DNA of 64,000 bases, from IMG/VR virus record IMGVR_UViG_3300023176_002901. One strand, 5' to 3'. The notes under the pieces were generated by a model. That model had not been told where the DNA came from. It ran no database searches and saw only the letters and a program-made list of their open reading frames with translations. The stretch's first letter is position 1; each line of letters starts with the position of its first letter. Positions 53,154-62,718 of the stretch are shown here, one piece after another. The stretch comes from an uncultured virus (IMG/VR IMGVR_UViG_3300023176_002901). Taxonomy: Duplodnaviria; Heunggongvirae; Uroviricota; Caudoviricetes; Crassvirales. The translations under genes and the position numbers were made by a program.

Positions 53154-53716
53154 TACAGCAAGATACAAATGTTTTTGCTGTTCATCCTATAGAGCTTTTC
53201 TCCGTCTATCTCAAACTCATACTCCGTCCCCGGCGTATAGACCACCTCGTCACCAACTGACAGTCCCATTTGAGACAGGTCTTGAGTTATGTATTTTATA
53301 CGCCCAACTAGCGGTTCCTTTGATGAGGTCTTGTGTAAGTAGTAGTCTTTCTTGTCTGATGGAGACAAAAAACAATACTTACCCATAGACTTCCACTCTT
53401 CTCCATTGTGAAACATAAAGAACTGGTCCTCGTCTACAAAAAACAAATCGCCACCAAGGAAGCTTCTTCCGCTTCGCTCTCTGCCGCGCATATCATTGTA
53501 AAACTTAAACACATTGTGGTGCACCAGCAATGTGTCACCAACCTTTATCTCTCCAGAATAATGAGCAGGAACCTCAACAACTTCAGCGAACCTATTCGAT
53601 ACCCTGTGGTCTTCCTTTGATGAGCTAATAATAAATTCAATTCCGCCAAAATCACGGACGTTGTCGTATCTGCGTCCGCTTACTGGCTTAACAATAAAGT
53701 AGAATGGAGAGCGCAT
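53153..53716 (-). CDS. Tandem GroES-like domain protein
   Basis: Two GroES-like halves (IKVGDTLLV; LSVGDEVVY...FEIDGEKLYRM). Confidence 0.6.
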   Translation of the reverse strand: MRSPFYFIVKPVSGRRYDNVRDFGGIEFIISSSKEDHRVSNRFAEVVEVPAHYSGEIKVGDTLLVHHNVFKFYNDMRGRERSGRSFLGGDLFFVDEDQFFMFHNGEEWKSMGKYCFLSPSDKKDYYLHKTSSKEPLVGRIKYITQDLSQMGLSVGDEVVYTPGTEYEFEIDGEKLYRMNSKNICILL

Positions 53717-53817
53717 CAGCTACCACATGAATCGCATTCGGGGTTGTCAATACTGCAAGCAGGAGTAACGGGTTCTTGTGCCAACTCTCCGAGCCAGCTG
53801 TCGAATGAATCTTTCAT
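53716..53817 (-). CDS. 33-aa acidic peptide ending ACSIDNPECDSCGS
   Basis: Hand-read; TGATG overlap with the next gene; fills the intergenic gap exactly. Confidence 0.7.
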   Translation of the reverse strand: MKDSFDSWLGELAQEPVTPACSIDNPECDSCGS

Positions 53818-53821
53818 GTGT

Positions 53822-54046
53822 TTAAAAATTGATGTTATACTCTATAGATATGGGCATGTTTTCATTGAACTCCTTCCAAAGAAAGACCTCATTGTCCGCT
53901 TCCACCCAAACTTTTATGCTGCCTGTTGAGCTATCTCTTTTTATCAGATGTATCTTGTGTGAGCCACCCAGAACCTCTTGCTCAACAATATAATGCATGG
54001 CGCCAGACTTATAATCGGCGCCAACCGATATCTTGCGAATGTCCAT
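53822..54046 (-). CDS. Hypothetical protein (IRKISVGADYK...MPISIEYNI)
   Basis: 74-aa ORF. Confidence 0.8.
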   Translation of the reverse strand: MDIRKISVGADYKSGAMHYIVEQEVLGGSHKIHLIKRDSSTGSIKVWVEADNEVFLWKEFNENMPISIEYNINF

Positions 54047-54059
54047 TATTTAATTAAAA

Positions 54060-55073
54060 TTAAGCGTATGCTGGGAACCTATACGTCGTTCCCTCAATAT
54101 TTATATCAATCCAAGCATCGGGTTCGCCAAGAATATTTGCCGGGTCTCCATTGGTAAATACTCCAGCAACAGTAGTTGGAGCCACTTGAGCGGGCGCGCC
54201 CCCCACAGAGCCAACCTGACCCTCAACAATATAATCCGGGGTCCAGTTCTCCCATACGGAAAGTGTGCTGTTATAGCGTAGAAGCTGACCGTTTGTAGCC
54301 GTGGCAATACGAACATTGTGAAGCTCCTCAAGCTCGTAGCCATTATCAATCTTCACATAGATTGAACCAACGGATGCGTTTGCGTTTACGACAAACCCAA
54401 CAATGACCGTATGCTGTGGAGCGGTTGGTTTTACATTAGTTATGCCACCCATAACAGTGGGGGACAAATAAAGAACATCTCCATCTGCCCACGTCTCTCC
54501 CTGAAGAGCCCCCGTAGTGTTTATATCGCGCACCAATCCGGAGCTGGTAACATACCCCTCTGCATTGTTAGCTATATTCTCGGTGACAATGCCAAGTGTG
54601 TTGGCGCTGTTTGCATCTGAGTCTGCCATTGCGCGAGATACGGAGAGGCGGTTTCCCTGAGCGCCAAGAATTTTTACTACCTGATATGCGGCCTGAGTAA
54701 AGTTGACTCCCGACTTATTGACTACGCGAGTAACCTGCTCCTGGCCAACCTGGAGAGTGACGTTACCGCCCATAAGGCGCAGGTCAACAGTTCCGTCAGT
54801 AGAGTTCCAAGCCATCTGGCCTACGTCCGAGACGGGAGTTGTACCCATAAAAGTAAGCCTGTCAAGTTCCATATCGCCATCAAGCACAACATCTTGAGTG
54901 GCAGAGTTGCCAGCATCAAGAACCTGCTGAAGGGTATTAGGAACTTCTACATAAAGGTCAGCGATGCTTTGCGCTGTGAAATTTTTTGTAGCATTGGAAT
55001 CGCTTCCGTCTGTTCCAACAACAATATCTGAACCTTGTGGGCTTACCGTAGGATATGAATCAATCTTGGCCAT
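54060..55073 (-). CDS. Virion fibre / decoration protein
   Basis: TLQQVLDAGN, GDVLYLS, LEELHNVRI...NGQLLRYN...WEN fibre motifs; promoter box at 55096-55103. Confidence 0.65.
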   Translation of the reverse strand: MAKIDSYPTVSPQGSDIVVGTDGSDSNATKNFTAQSIADLYVEVPNTLQQVLDAGNSATQDVVLDGDMELDRLTFMGTTPVSDVGQMAWNSTDGTVDLRLMGGNVTLQVGQEQVTRVVNKSGVNFTQAAYQVVKILGAQGNRLSVSRAMADSDANSANTLGIVTENIANNAEGYVTSSGLVRDINTTGALQGETWADGDVLYLSPTVMGGITNVKPTAPQHTVIVGFVVNANASVGSIYVKIDNGYELEELHNVRIATATNGQLLRYNSTLSVWENWTPDYIVEGQVGSVGGAPAQVAPTTVAGVFTNGDPANILGEPDAWIDINIEGTTYRFPAYA

Positions 55074-55108
55074 TTGAGAATCTTTACTTGAATAACAAAG
55101 ATACTAAA

Positions 55109-55525
55109 TTAGTTTATGATGAATACCCGTGCTAAGTAGCGCACAAGCAGCACCAGTGCGCCACCAATAACAAGAAGCGCAAGCGCATCAAAGACTCTTT
55201 CTTTTATGCTCGTTGGCTTTTTAAGCTCGGTAGTAGTAATTGATTTCGTAACAACAATAGTGTCACTTGGGCAGTCAGCCTCTATATTGACAAAGTTGTC
55301 GCGGTATTCAATCTTTAATTTGACGCGGTCCTGATATATAACCGTATCCTTGAACAATTCTAGTGTGTCACGAATAGTTCTCTCTTTTGTGACAATGACC
55401 GTGTCCTTCTTTACAACAACCGTCTGCTGTATGCTTGGGTCCTTGCGTATCGCCTGCTTTAGATGCCATTGTGCTGAGCACCCATAGAGCATAAGGGTGA
55501 GGGTTGCTATAGTAAGCCATCTCAT
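55109..55525 (-). CDS. Lipoprotein with C-terminal TM segment; unimolecular spanin candidate
   Basis: Signal peptide with LYGC lipobox, beta-rich middle, hydrophobic C-terminus; follows the endolysin. Confidence 0.6.
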   Translation of the reverse strand: MRWLTIATLTLMLYGCSAQWHLKQAIRKDPSIQQTVVVKKDTVIVTKERTIRDTLELFKDTVIYQDRVKLKIEYRDNFVNIEADCPSDTIVVTKSITTTELKKPTSIKERVFDALALLVIGGALVLLVRYLARVFIIN

Positions 55526-55971
55526 TTATAGGGGACGTATTTAGTTTTGCCGTCTTTCTTTATAGCCTTAAGAACCTGACCGCGATTATGGCCATAGTGA
55601 TAGGATACGTGCACCCAGTCGGGTTGTTTCTCGTTTCCAAATTCCCAGATGAGCTGGTCGAACTGAAGATTGTTCTTGATGTATTCAAATACTTCTTTAT
55701 TGTCGTCGATGTCAATGTCCGCAGCAGCCCCATTGATTGCGCAGTGCTGAGAGGTGGTACTCCCGCCAATAGCCTTGTTGAGTTCCGGAACGCGCAGCCC
55801 GCTAGATATTCTAATAGGCCCAATGGCATCACGAAGCGGCTGGAGAACCTTGTGGCACAGCTCTACAAGATTCTCAAGCTGCTCTGGGTTTGGCGTATTG
55901 TCTATGCCTAATCTTTTTGCGGTAGAACTTTTAGTTAGCTCTGCAAGTGTGAAGTTCTCAGATAGTTTCAT
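55522..55971 (-). CDS. Endolysin, peptidase M15 family
   Basis: LSENFTLAEL, ISSG.R...LN.AIGG...SQH...AAD, WVHVSY. Confidence 0.9.
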   Translation of the reverse strand: MKLSENFTLAELTKSSTAKRLGIDNTPNPEQLENLVELCHKVLQPLRDAIGPIRISSGLRVPELNKAIGGSTTSQHCAINGAAADIDIDDNKEVFEYIKNNLQFDQLIWEFGNEKQPDWVHVSYHYGHNRGQVLKAIKKDGKTKYVPYK

Positions 55972-56102
55972 CGTCCCTGACCTCTGTATTTCTTTTTATA
56001 GTTCCTGCTTGACTTGAGCGCGGACCCTTTCTTGCTATGCTTCTTAAGCTTTTTAGACTTGCTAACATAAGAACCTATGGTTTGAGCTTTAATCTTTGCC
56101 AT
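55968..56102 (-). CDS. Basic micro-protein ending YKKKYRGQGR (44 aa)
   Basis: Hand-read; overlaps both neighbours. Confidence 0.7.
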   Translation of the reverse strand: MAKIKAQTIGSYVSKSKKLKKHSKKGSALKSSRNYKKKYRGQGR

Positions 56103-56425
56103 TAGTATCTGCTTACTACGTCGTTAATCTCAGAGAAGTGCATATGAAGCTTCATATCAATGCCCGCCTCCCAGCGGTAGCGCTCTTGGCCATCGTTGAA
56201 ATAGATGATGGTAGGAACAGATTTGATATTGTATTTCTTTTTTACCTCTGGCTTAGCCTCAATGTCAATGCGGTATAGCTTTGCTCCGCTGACGCGCCCC
56301 AGGTCTTTGTATCCATTGCTCTTATTAAAACCAGCGTTAAATTCTATCACGCTCTTTCCCTCGGGCTGCTTGTGGCTTACTGCAACGGAAAACAATAAGA
56401 AAGATGCAAGCAAAAATGGTTTCAT
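56102..56425 (-). CDS. Exported thioredoxin-fold protein lacking CxxC
   Basis: Signal peptide; VIEFNAGFN in place of WCxxC; YNIKSVPTIIYF.DG. Confidence 0.7.
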   Translation of the reverse strand: MKPFLLASFLLFSVAVSHKQPEGKSVIEFNAGFNKSNGYKDLGRVSGAKLYRIDIEAKPEVKKKYNIKSVPTIIYFNDGQERYRWEAGIDMKLHMHFSEINDVVSRY

Positions 56426-56712
56426 TTTATCTCGTATAGACGGGTTTCAATCTTATCAAGTTGCGTCTTAATGTCCTCAATATTCTTGGCGTTGGTCATA
56501 ATGGTTTCACGCACCAGATTGTCTTTGAGGTCAAACTCTATGCGGGATACGGCTGGCTCAGGCAATTGCTTGGCGATGTCAATTTCTGCTTTTACATCGT
56601 AGTACATACCAACAGCTACTGAAAGACCAATAGCCAACGCAATCAGTGTCTTGATGCTTACTCCTAGAACGGTGTCCTCCCCAATCTCCTTGAGGTTTTT
56701 GTTGTCGCTCAT
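56422..56712 (-). CDS. Single-TM protein with coiled coil (lysis module)
   Basis: TM segment LIALAIGLSVAVGMYY. Confidence 0.65.
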   Translation of the reverse strand: MSDNKNLKEIGEDTVLGVSIKTLIALAIGLSVAVGMYYDVKAEIDIAKQLPEPAVSRIEFDLKDNLVRETIMTNAKNIEDIKTQLDKIETRLYEIK

Positions 56713-56963
56713 TTCTTTGCAAATTTCTCAAGCCCAGCAATACCGAAGCTTCCAAGTGTAACGATAACAAAAGAGTTGTAGGTGAACTCATTGATTACCA
56801 AATCTTTACCCACAAAGCCACTTACTACATCGGCAATCATTACGAGTACCATAACGGCAAACGACAAAAAGCCAATGATGGTCTTCTCATTGTAATCGTT
56901 CGTATCCTTGAAGATATCGGCAAATGCCATAAACTTATTCTTTATAGTTTTTATAATTACCAT
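56709..56963 (-). CDS. Holin-like two-TM protein
   Basis: Two hydrophobic helices and a basic tail; promoter box at 56992-56999. Confidence 0.55.
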   Translation of the reverse strand: MVIIKTIKNKFMAFADIFKDTNDYNEKTIIGFLSFAVMVLVMIADVVSGFVGKDLVINEFTYNSFVIVTLGSFGIAGLEKFAKK

Positions 56964-57003
56964 AATTGAATTTGAATGAGTTCTCTTGTCGCAAAGATAA
57001 TTC

Positions 57004-57026
57004 AAAAAAAAACCCCCTTTCGGGGG
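57004..57026 (-). terminator. Intrinsic terminator
   Basis: CCCCC-GAAA-GGGGG followed by T9 on the - strand. Confidence 0.75.
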
Positions 57027-57032
57027 ATTCCT

Positions 57033-57266
57033 TTATTCTGCCGGGGTAAACTCCCCGGTCGATAGGTCTAGCGTTCCGTCGCCCATCTCATCAGAAATTT
57101 CTTTTCGGGTCTCTTGAAGCTTAGCCTCAAGTTCTTTGTGGATGGCAAGAAGTTCGTTCTTACGGTTTTCCATCAGAGCGATTGCTCCGATTTCAAGCTG
57201 GACAGTCTGCATGTCCTTCTGTATTTCGCGGATAGTCTCTACCAGCTTTTCATCTACTTTGGCCAT
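57033..57266 (-). CDS. Small coiled-coil protein
   Basis: Own promoter box (57291-57298) and terminator. Confidence 0.75.
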   Translation of the reverse strand: MAKVDEKLVETIREIQKDMQTVQLEIGAIALMENRKNELLAIHKELEAKLQETRKEISDEMGDGTLDLSTGEFTPAE

Positions 57267-57305
57267 AGTAAATTGGTTTTAATTAGATAACAAATATACA
57301 ACAGA

Positions 57306-58706
57306 CTATCGTGAATCTAAAATGTACCACTGCCCCGCAATGCCAATAACGCTTACTACGGCACGTGCGGCAGCAAGCTCAACGTAGGCGAGGCCGTTGA
57401 TGTTCGTACCTGTATCGGCGGCATTCGGATAGATGCGTACAATATTGCTTGCGCTTACGTTTGCGCTCGCCAAAAAGCGGAAGATGGGATTGTAGGTTCC
57501 ATAGCCATAGATGCTTGGAAGGTATACGGTTCCTGTTCCTGCGCCCCCCGTCCAGTCGTTGAAGATAATGTGCGACTGGGTGGCTACCGTGTTTGAGGAG
57601 CCGGAGGAGCTTGTAATGGTCTTTGCGTCTGGGCGGTATCCACCCTCAAGCTCAATAGCCTCTTGGAACGTAGCGTCGTTTTCAATCAGGGCATCTCCAG
57701 CAACATGCAGATTGGCCGATGGACTGACGGTCTTAATACCAATCGCGCCCCCAAGCGCCTTGCTTATTACCGCGTAGTTATCGTATGGAACACCGCCCCC
57801 CGTAGAAAAAGCAAGGTATGTGCCCGTGATTCCATCAATACCAATGCGCCAAAAAGACGCTGTAGACGTTGAGTCCGTCATTACTATCTGCGTCTCAAAG
57901 GCGTCGCTGGATATCTGGAGGGAGTTGTTTGTTTTAATCTCGTTGTCAAACGTCGCGGTCCCCGAAGAGTTGATACTTATGGTAGTGCCTGCCGTTCCTA
58001 CGTCAGAGATAGAGCTGTTGCCAAGCGTTGTTCCTGATACCCACTTAGCAATCTGGTTTGTTGTTCCACTACCTGCCGTACTTCCCGTTGAGTTGATGGT
58101 GATGGAATCTGTCGCGTCGTCTGTAGTGATGGTGATATTGCTACCTGCAACAAGGGTCAGCGTATCGGTAGCGCTATCGGCCACAACATCGCTCTGTCCG
58201 CTAACAGCAATTGTCTTAAAGGCATCCGATGCCTTGCTGTTAAATGTGTTCCAGTCCGTAGAGGATAGGTACCCGTCCGTAGAGGCGCCCGACTGGGTGA
58301 TGCTTATGGTGCCTGAAGTTGTTATGGTTCCCCCCTGAATAGGCGCCGTTGTGGCGATGCTCGTCACTGTTCCGGTGCCTCCAGTGGCGGCTATTGTAAA
58401 GGTGGGGTAGGTGCCCGTTACATTTATTCCTGTGCCAGAGTTGAGCACAACTACTTGGTCGGGTGCTGTGTTTGTAACGGTGATGCTTCCCGCCGTAGTG
58501 ATGGGTCCGCCGGAGACACTTATGCCCGTGCCGGCGGTAAGGTCAACGGAGGTCACTGTGCCTCCGCTGCTTGCCGTTAGATTAAGGTCCGCCCTTAATC
58601 TATTTAAAAGAGTCAGGTAGGTAACGCCCTTATTTAAAGACTCCCTCGGGTCGTATATTAAGAACTGGTCTCCGGGAGAGATTTGATTGATTACCCTTAC
58701 TGACAT
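57306..58706 (-). CDS. Tail fibre protein
   Basis: GTVTSV..TAGTGI, GYLSSTDW.TFN.K and DTLTLVAG repeats. Confidence 0.75.
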   Translation of the reverse strand: MSVRVINQISPGDQFLIYDPRESLNKGVTYLTLLNRLRADLNLTASSGGTVTSVDLTAGTGISVSGGPITTAGSITVTNTAPDQVVVLNSGTGINVTGTYPTFTIAATGGTGTVTSIATTAPIQGGTITTSGTISITQSGASTDGYLSSTDWNTFNSKASDAFKTIAVSGQSDVVADSATDTLTLVAGSNITITTDDATDSITINSTGSTAGSGTTNQIAKWVSGTTLGNSSISDVGTAGTTISINSSGTATFDNEIKTNNSLQISSDAFETQIVMTDSTSTASFWRIGIDGITGTYLAFSTGGGVPYDNYAVISKALGGAIGIKTVSPSANLHVAGDALIENDATFQEAIELEGGYRPDAKTITSSSGSSNTVATQSHIIFNDWTGGAGTGTVYLPSIYGYGTYNPIFRFLASANVSASNIVRIYPNAADTGTNINGLAYVELAAARAVVSVIGIAGQWYILDSR

Positions 58707-58715
58707 GCTTTGCCA

Positions 58716-59054
58716 TTAATCAGCGAGCGTGATGGTAACGCTGGTGGGGTTAACCTGTGCCTCAATCTGGGCATCCAGAGAAGCCTTCTTTTCAGCAACA
58801 ACCTCTTCGCCCATAGCGCTCTCTACCCATCCCGTAACAATCTCATTGGTGAGCTGGTCAACGGGGATAAAGGTATCGGGGGAGATGTCCTCCAAGCTGA
58901 TGGCGATGGTGCCATACAAAGAGGTAGAGTAGGTGACGTCGGCTTCGGTGCGCTCTCCAGCGAGAATCCAATGGACATTGTATACAACGTCTGTTAGCTC
59001 ATCGTAGGAAGGATAGGCATCAACGGTTTTGCAGTTCCAAGTGTAGGTAGTCAT
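58716..59054 (-). CDS. Tail-fibre-associated small protein (chaperone-like)
   Basis: TW......DVVYNVHW...LT.E.V.GWV pattern; position between fibre genes. Confidence 0.6.
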   Translation of the reverse strand: MTTYTWNCKTVDAYPSYDELTDVVYNVHWILAGERTEADVTYSTSLYGTIAISLEDISPDTFIPVDQLTNEIVTGWVESAMGEEVVAEKKASLDAQIEAQVNPTSVTITLAD

Positions 59055-59060
59055 TATCTA

Positions 59061-59303
59061 TTAGGGTTGAGGTTCAACAACGGGTGCAGGGGCAGTGTCC
59101 CAAGCATCTTGCGCCAAGTTGCGGTAGTAAGTACCAACGCCCAATACCTCATCGGCAGAGGGGTCATTCACTTGCAATACCGTGCGCCAATAAGATGAGG
59201 CGATTACTGCGCCATCCTTTACCACATCGGTGGTCTTGCGTACTTCAATCGTGCCATCGGGCTTGATGTTGAAAGCACTTACATAGATGTTTTCTTCAAT
59301 CAT
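59061..59303 (-). CDS. Tail-fibre-associated small protein
   Basis: 80 aa, directly after a fibre gene. Confidence 0.65.
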   Translation of the reverse strand: MIEENIYVSAFNIKPDGTIEVRKTTDVVKDGAVIASSYWRTVLQVNDPSADEVLGVGTYYRNLAQDAWDTAPAPVVEPQP

Positions 59304-59322
59304 TGTTTTGTTGTTTTATTTT

Positions 59323-60624
59323 TTATACGAAGTAGGTTACTGTTGCTCGGCAAGTCATTGTTCCCGCGCTTAAATAGGTATTTACAGCAAGACCCGAATG
59401 CGTTCCCGTTGACCCGTTATCTGCAATAAAGTCCGAACCTGAATTAGACGCAGCCTTTTGGATTAGTGGATTACTTAAATCAATAGCAAGATTGTCAAAA
59501 AGCAATGCTGCTTCGGGGTACATATTGGCTTCGGCAGTAAAAGGAAATGCGGTTAACTGCAGCGTACCTCCCGATAGTGTACCCTTTGTGAAAACCAAAT
59601 GAAAAGTGGCAGTTACTTGTCTTCCTATTTTTGTATATGTTCCTAATTGAGTTGTGTAGGATGCTTGACCACCGCCACCTGCTGCAATAAGCACAGGCGT
59701 CCAAGTCCCCTCCTCGTAGTCATCCAATGCGTTGGCTGCTGCGGTGTCCCCGTTGAAGGTTAGGCCGTTTGCCGTTGCTCGTACAATTTCATTATTGTTG
59801 ACACATAAAGCCGTGTAGGAACCATTAAGGCGAAGCGGTTGGTATGAAACGGTAAGAGTAGAATTTACTCCGTGAATAGTTGATGCGCCTGAACTAAACG
59901 TACCGCCATTATCAAAGCGTATTCCGTATGTCGCTCCTGCAATTCCTGCGGTAGTACCTTCAACACCTGATTCAACATCCAATTTAATGGAAGGCGAAGT
60001 CGTGCCAATGCCTACATTGCCCGTACCACCTGCAACAACAAAAGCGGGTGTGCTAAATGTGCTTCCACCTGCCGTAGTAGATGGCGTAATTTCAAAACCA
60101 TTGTTTACATTGTATTGACGGCCTATTAAGAAGTTGTAGTTGCTTCCTATGGTTTTTAGAAATAATTTACTTCCCGCGCCCGTAGATGATTCATATAAGG
60201 TTAATGAAGTAGAAACTTCTGCTGTACCCGATACGGATAAAGTGCTTTGAGGATTACTCGTACCAATTCCCACATTACCCGTAGAGGTGATGCGCATACG
60301 CTCCGATAAAGAGCCACCATTTGCCGTGCGAAACCAAAGGTCTGCGGCATTAGTTGCTTCACCACTATTTTGGATAGACAAGCCAAGAGATGCGCCTCCT
60401 TTGATTGCACCATTTGTATTTTGTGATAGAACAATAACAGTTCCTGAAGAAGATGAAATGCCAGAATTTACATCAAGAGGAGCAAAAGGCAAACTCGTAC
60501 CAATGCCAACATTGCCTCCTGAGCCATCCACCTTAAAGATAAGGGTCTCCTTGCCGTCATAGACATTAAAGTCCTTGAAGGTCTCCGTTGCCTCGTTATA
60601 TGTCTTATGATTTATCGTAGCCAT
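59323..60624 (-). CDS. Tail fibre protein (GNVGIG repeats, LDDYEEGTWTP C-terminal domain)
   Basis: Repeats plus YTKIGRQV tip motif; TATCTTTG box at 60629-60636. Confidence 0.8.
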   Translation of the reverse strand: MATINHKTYNEATETFKDFNVYDGKETLIFKVDGSGGNVGIGTSLPFAPLDVNSGISSSSGTVIVLSQNTNGAIKGGASLGLSIQNSGEATNAADLWFRTANGGSLSERMRITSTGNVGIGTSNPQSTLSVSGTAEVSTSLTLYESSTGAGSKLFLKTIGSNYNFLIGRQYNVNNGFEITPSTTAGGSTFSTPAFVVAGGTGNVGIGTTSPSIKLDVESGVEGTTAGIAGATYGIRFDNGGTFSSGASTIHGVNSTLTVSYQPLRLNGSYTALCVNNNEIVRATANGLTFNGDTAAANALDDYEEGTWTPVLIAAGGGGQASYTTQLGTYTKIGRQVTATFHLVFTKGTLSGGTLQLTAFPFTAEANMYPEAALLFDNLAIDLSNPLIQKAASNSGSDFIADNGSTGTHSGLAVNTYLSAGTMTCRATVTYFV

Positions 60625-60641
60625 AATGCAAAGATACTATT

Positions 60642-61043
60642 TTAAGGTTGGTCAATTGGAGCAGGAGGCTGGCAGTAGGCCGCGTCTGGGTTGGCCACGC
60701 AGTACGCCTCAGCATACTCCTTGTCAAGGCTGTAGCCCATTGATGACACGCCAACTGGCACAGGCCAAACGATAGCCGATTCCCACGTTGCTAATGGCTC
60801 ATCGTGCCAAACAACATCCACACTAATCAAAGGAGATGTTACCTCACAAACAGGGTTCCCTTCAGCGTCTGTTCCCCATTGCTCACAAAGGTTGCCAATG
60901 TAGTAGACTACATCCACAAGGGCTTGGTTCCAGCTCTTGACTTCATTGCCGTCAGGGTCTGTGGTGGTGATTTCAATCTCAGCCTTAGCGGCCTCCCAAG
61001 CTGTTGGGTTCTTGAATCCGTATTTTCTAAAATGTTGTGCCAT
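60642..61043 (-). CDS. Tail-fibre-associated protein
   Basis: 133 aa after the paired fibre genes. Confidence 0.65.
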   Translation of the reverse strand: MAQHFRKYGFKNPTAWEAAKAEIEITTTDPDGNEVKSWNQALVDVVYYIGNLCEQWGTDAEGNPVCEVTSPLISVDVVWHDEPLATWESAIVWPVPVGVSSMGYSLDKEYAEAYCVANPDAAYCQPPAPIDQP

Positions 61044-61044
61044 A

Positions 61045-62718
61045 TCAGAGAGTTGTTAGTGTAATTGCGTCAGTGTCACTTATTTCTGTTGGGAAAATTA
61101 AAAATTTATTTATACTCTTTCGGAAATCAGCATTATATCCTATATACTCTAAATTTGAAGTAAATGTCAAAGAATCGCTGAACACTTGCGTTCCGTTTAC
61201 ATAAGCCTTTGCAGTTGTCCCGTTCCATTTTATTAGCATCTTATATTGGTTTAAAGTATTATTTGAATAAATACCATTAAAAACGCTATTTGACCTATAC
61301 GCAAAACGAACACTTCCATCAATATCGCTTGCCACTTCAATAGAATTAACAGATGGAAAGCTCGTATTGCTTCTATAATATAAGCCATCCGTTGATGCGT
61401 CTCTTGCTGTAGCTGTTGTTAATCCTCGCTCAAACTCAAGAAAAAAAGTACCAGAAGACAAAGTTGAAATACCAGATACTTCTTTATCCATAACATCAGC
61501 TCCCCTTGTTACAGCAGCACCATAGGTTGGGATGTAGGAGGTGGCGTAGGTTACATTGTCCTCACATTGTGCTCCATAAATATAAAATGCAGGCTGACCA
61601 TTTCCAACGTGATTACCACTACCGCCGTCCGACGAAGCAATGCCTAAATAGATTCCTCCAGTAGTTGAAGTTGGATTGTGATAAATACATCTATACCAAC
61701 CGTTTCCGCAATCTTCAATAGATGTAACAACCGAACCTTGTGCCCCCCCTACAACTCCGTTCACAATGTCAAACCAAGCCGTTGGACCATTATCAATGGT
61801 GAACCACCTATTTGCAGTTCCGCCAGCCCATTTAGCATAAACACTATACACTTTATTAGAAGATGAAGCAGAAGCTCCAGTGTTAATTCTGTGGTAATTA
61901 GTGCTTGTGTCTTCTGTATATAGATATGCATTTTCAACCCCTTGTGGAGATACTTCGGCATTTGCCGTTAAAGTACCACCAGATAAGCTCCACGCACCAA
62001 AGTATTCACTATATGCAAGCCCATTCGTCCGTTGTGGCTCCAACAGCAAAGAACCTGTACGCGGAAGGACAGGGTCAAAGTTTATACGGGGAACATTAGC
62101 TACTGGTCCTACGCTTACTGCTGCTGTAGTGGTCTCAATGTAGTCAGTTGCTACAGTTCCTGCCTCTACTTGGAAACCCCATATCAATGCTTCGTCACCT
62201 ATTATAGCTGGGTCTGGAACTTCAACTCCACAAATTGTTGCACCTGATATTGTTGTTGTTACAGAAACTCGTTGCCAATTAGATGTTAGTGCAATAGTTG
62301 TTGGAATAGCTCCAATACGAACCTGTGCATTCTTACCTATTGAAGAACCTATGCCCTTCATATAGCACGAAGCCGTTATAACTCCATTAAATGAGATTGA
62401 TTGATAAATGTAAGGGTCAATATTAGTAGCTGTAACTTTAGTTGCGGTATTTGTTCCATCTGGCGCAGTTTCAGCATTTGCCGTATATGTTCCGTTTCTT
62501 GGAACCCAAGTGCCAATTTGGCTAAAGTCTTGGCTATATAGTGCAAGATTCGTCCGTACCTTCTCAATGTATCCATTAGGACCCACCCTCGTTGCCGTAT
62601 CGTTACTACGAGTAAAGGTCAAGTCAGCACTACCCCCCGCTGGTTTGCTGGTAAAGACAGTACCTGCCTCCACCCCAGAGGGAATCATTACTAATGATGC
62701 ATCAGATAAATAACTCAT
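61045..62718 (-). CDS. Tail fibre / receptor-binding-like protein (carbohydrate-binding-like repeats, LamG-like end)
   Basis: TF.RS..ATRV, LLLEPQRTN, GNGWYR, GAQ.E and ATSYIPT motifs. Confidence 0.75.
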   Translation of the reverse strand: MSYLSDASLVMIPSGVEAGTVFTSKPAGGSADLTFTRSNDTATRVGPNGYIEKVRTNLALYSQDFSQIGTWVPRNGTYTANAETAPDGTNTATKVTATNIDPYIYQSISFNGVITASCYMKGIGSSIGKNAQVRIGAIPTTIALTSNWQRVSVTTTISGATICGVEVPDPAIIGDEALIWGFQVEAGTVATDYIETTTAAVSVGPVANVPRINFDPVLPRTGSLLLEPQRTNGLAYSEYFGAWSLSGGTLTANAEVSPQGVENAYLYTEDTSTNYHRINTGASASSSNKVYSVYAKWAGGTANRWFTIDNGPTAWFDIVNGVVGGAQGSVVTSIEDCGNGWYRCIYHNPTSTTGGIYLGIASSDGGSGNHVGNGQPAFYIYGAQCEDNVTYATSYIPTYGAAVTRGADVMDKEVSGISTLSSGTFFLEFERGLTTATARDASTDGLYYRSNTSFPSVNSIEVASDIDGSVRFAYRSNSVFNGIYSNNTLNQYKMLIKWNGTTAKAYVNGTQVFSDSLTFTSNLEYIGYNADFRKSINKFLIFPTEISDTDAITLTTL

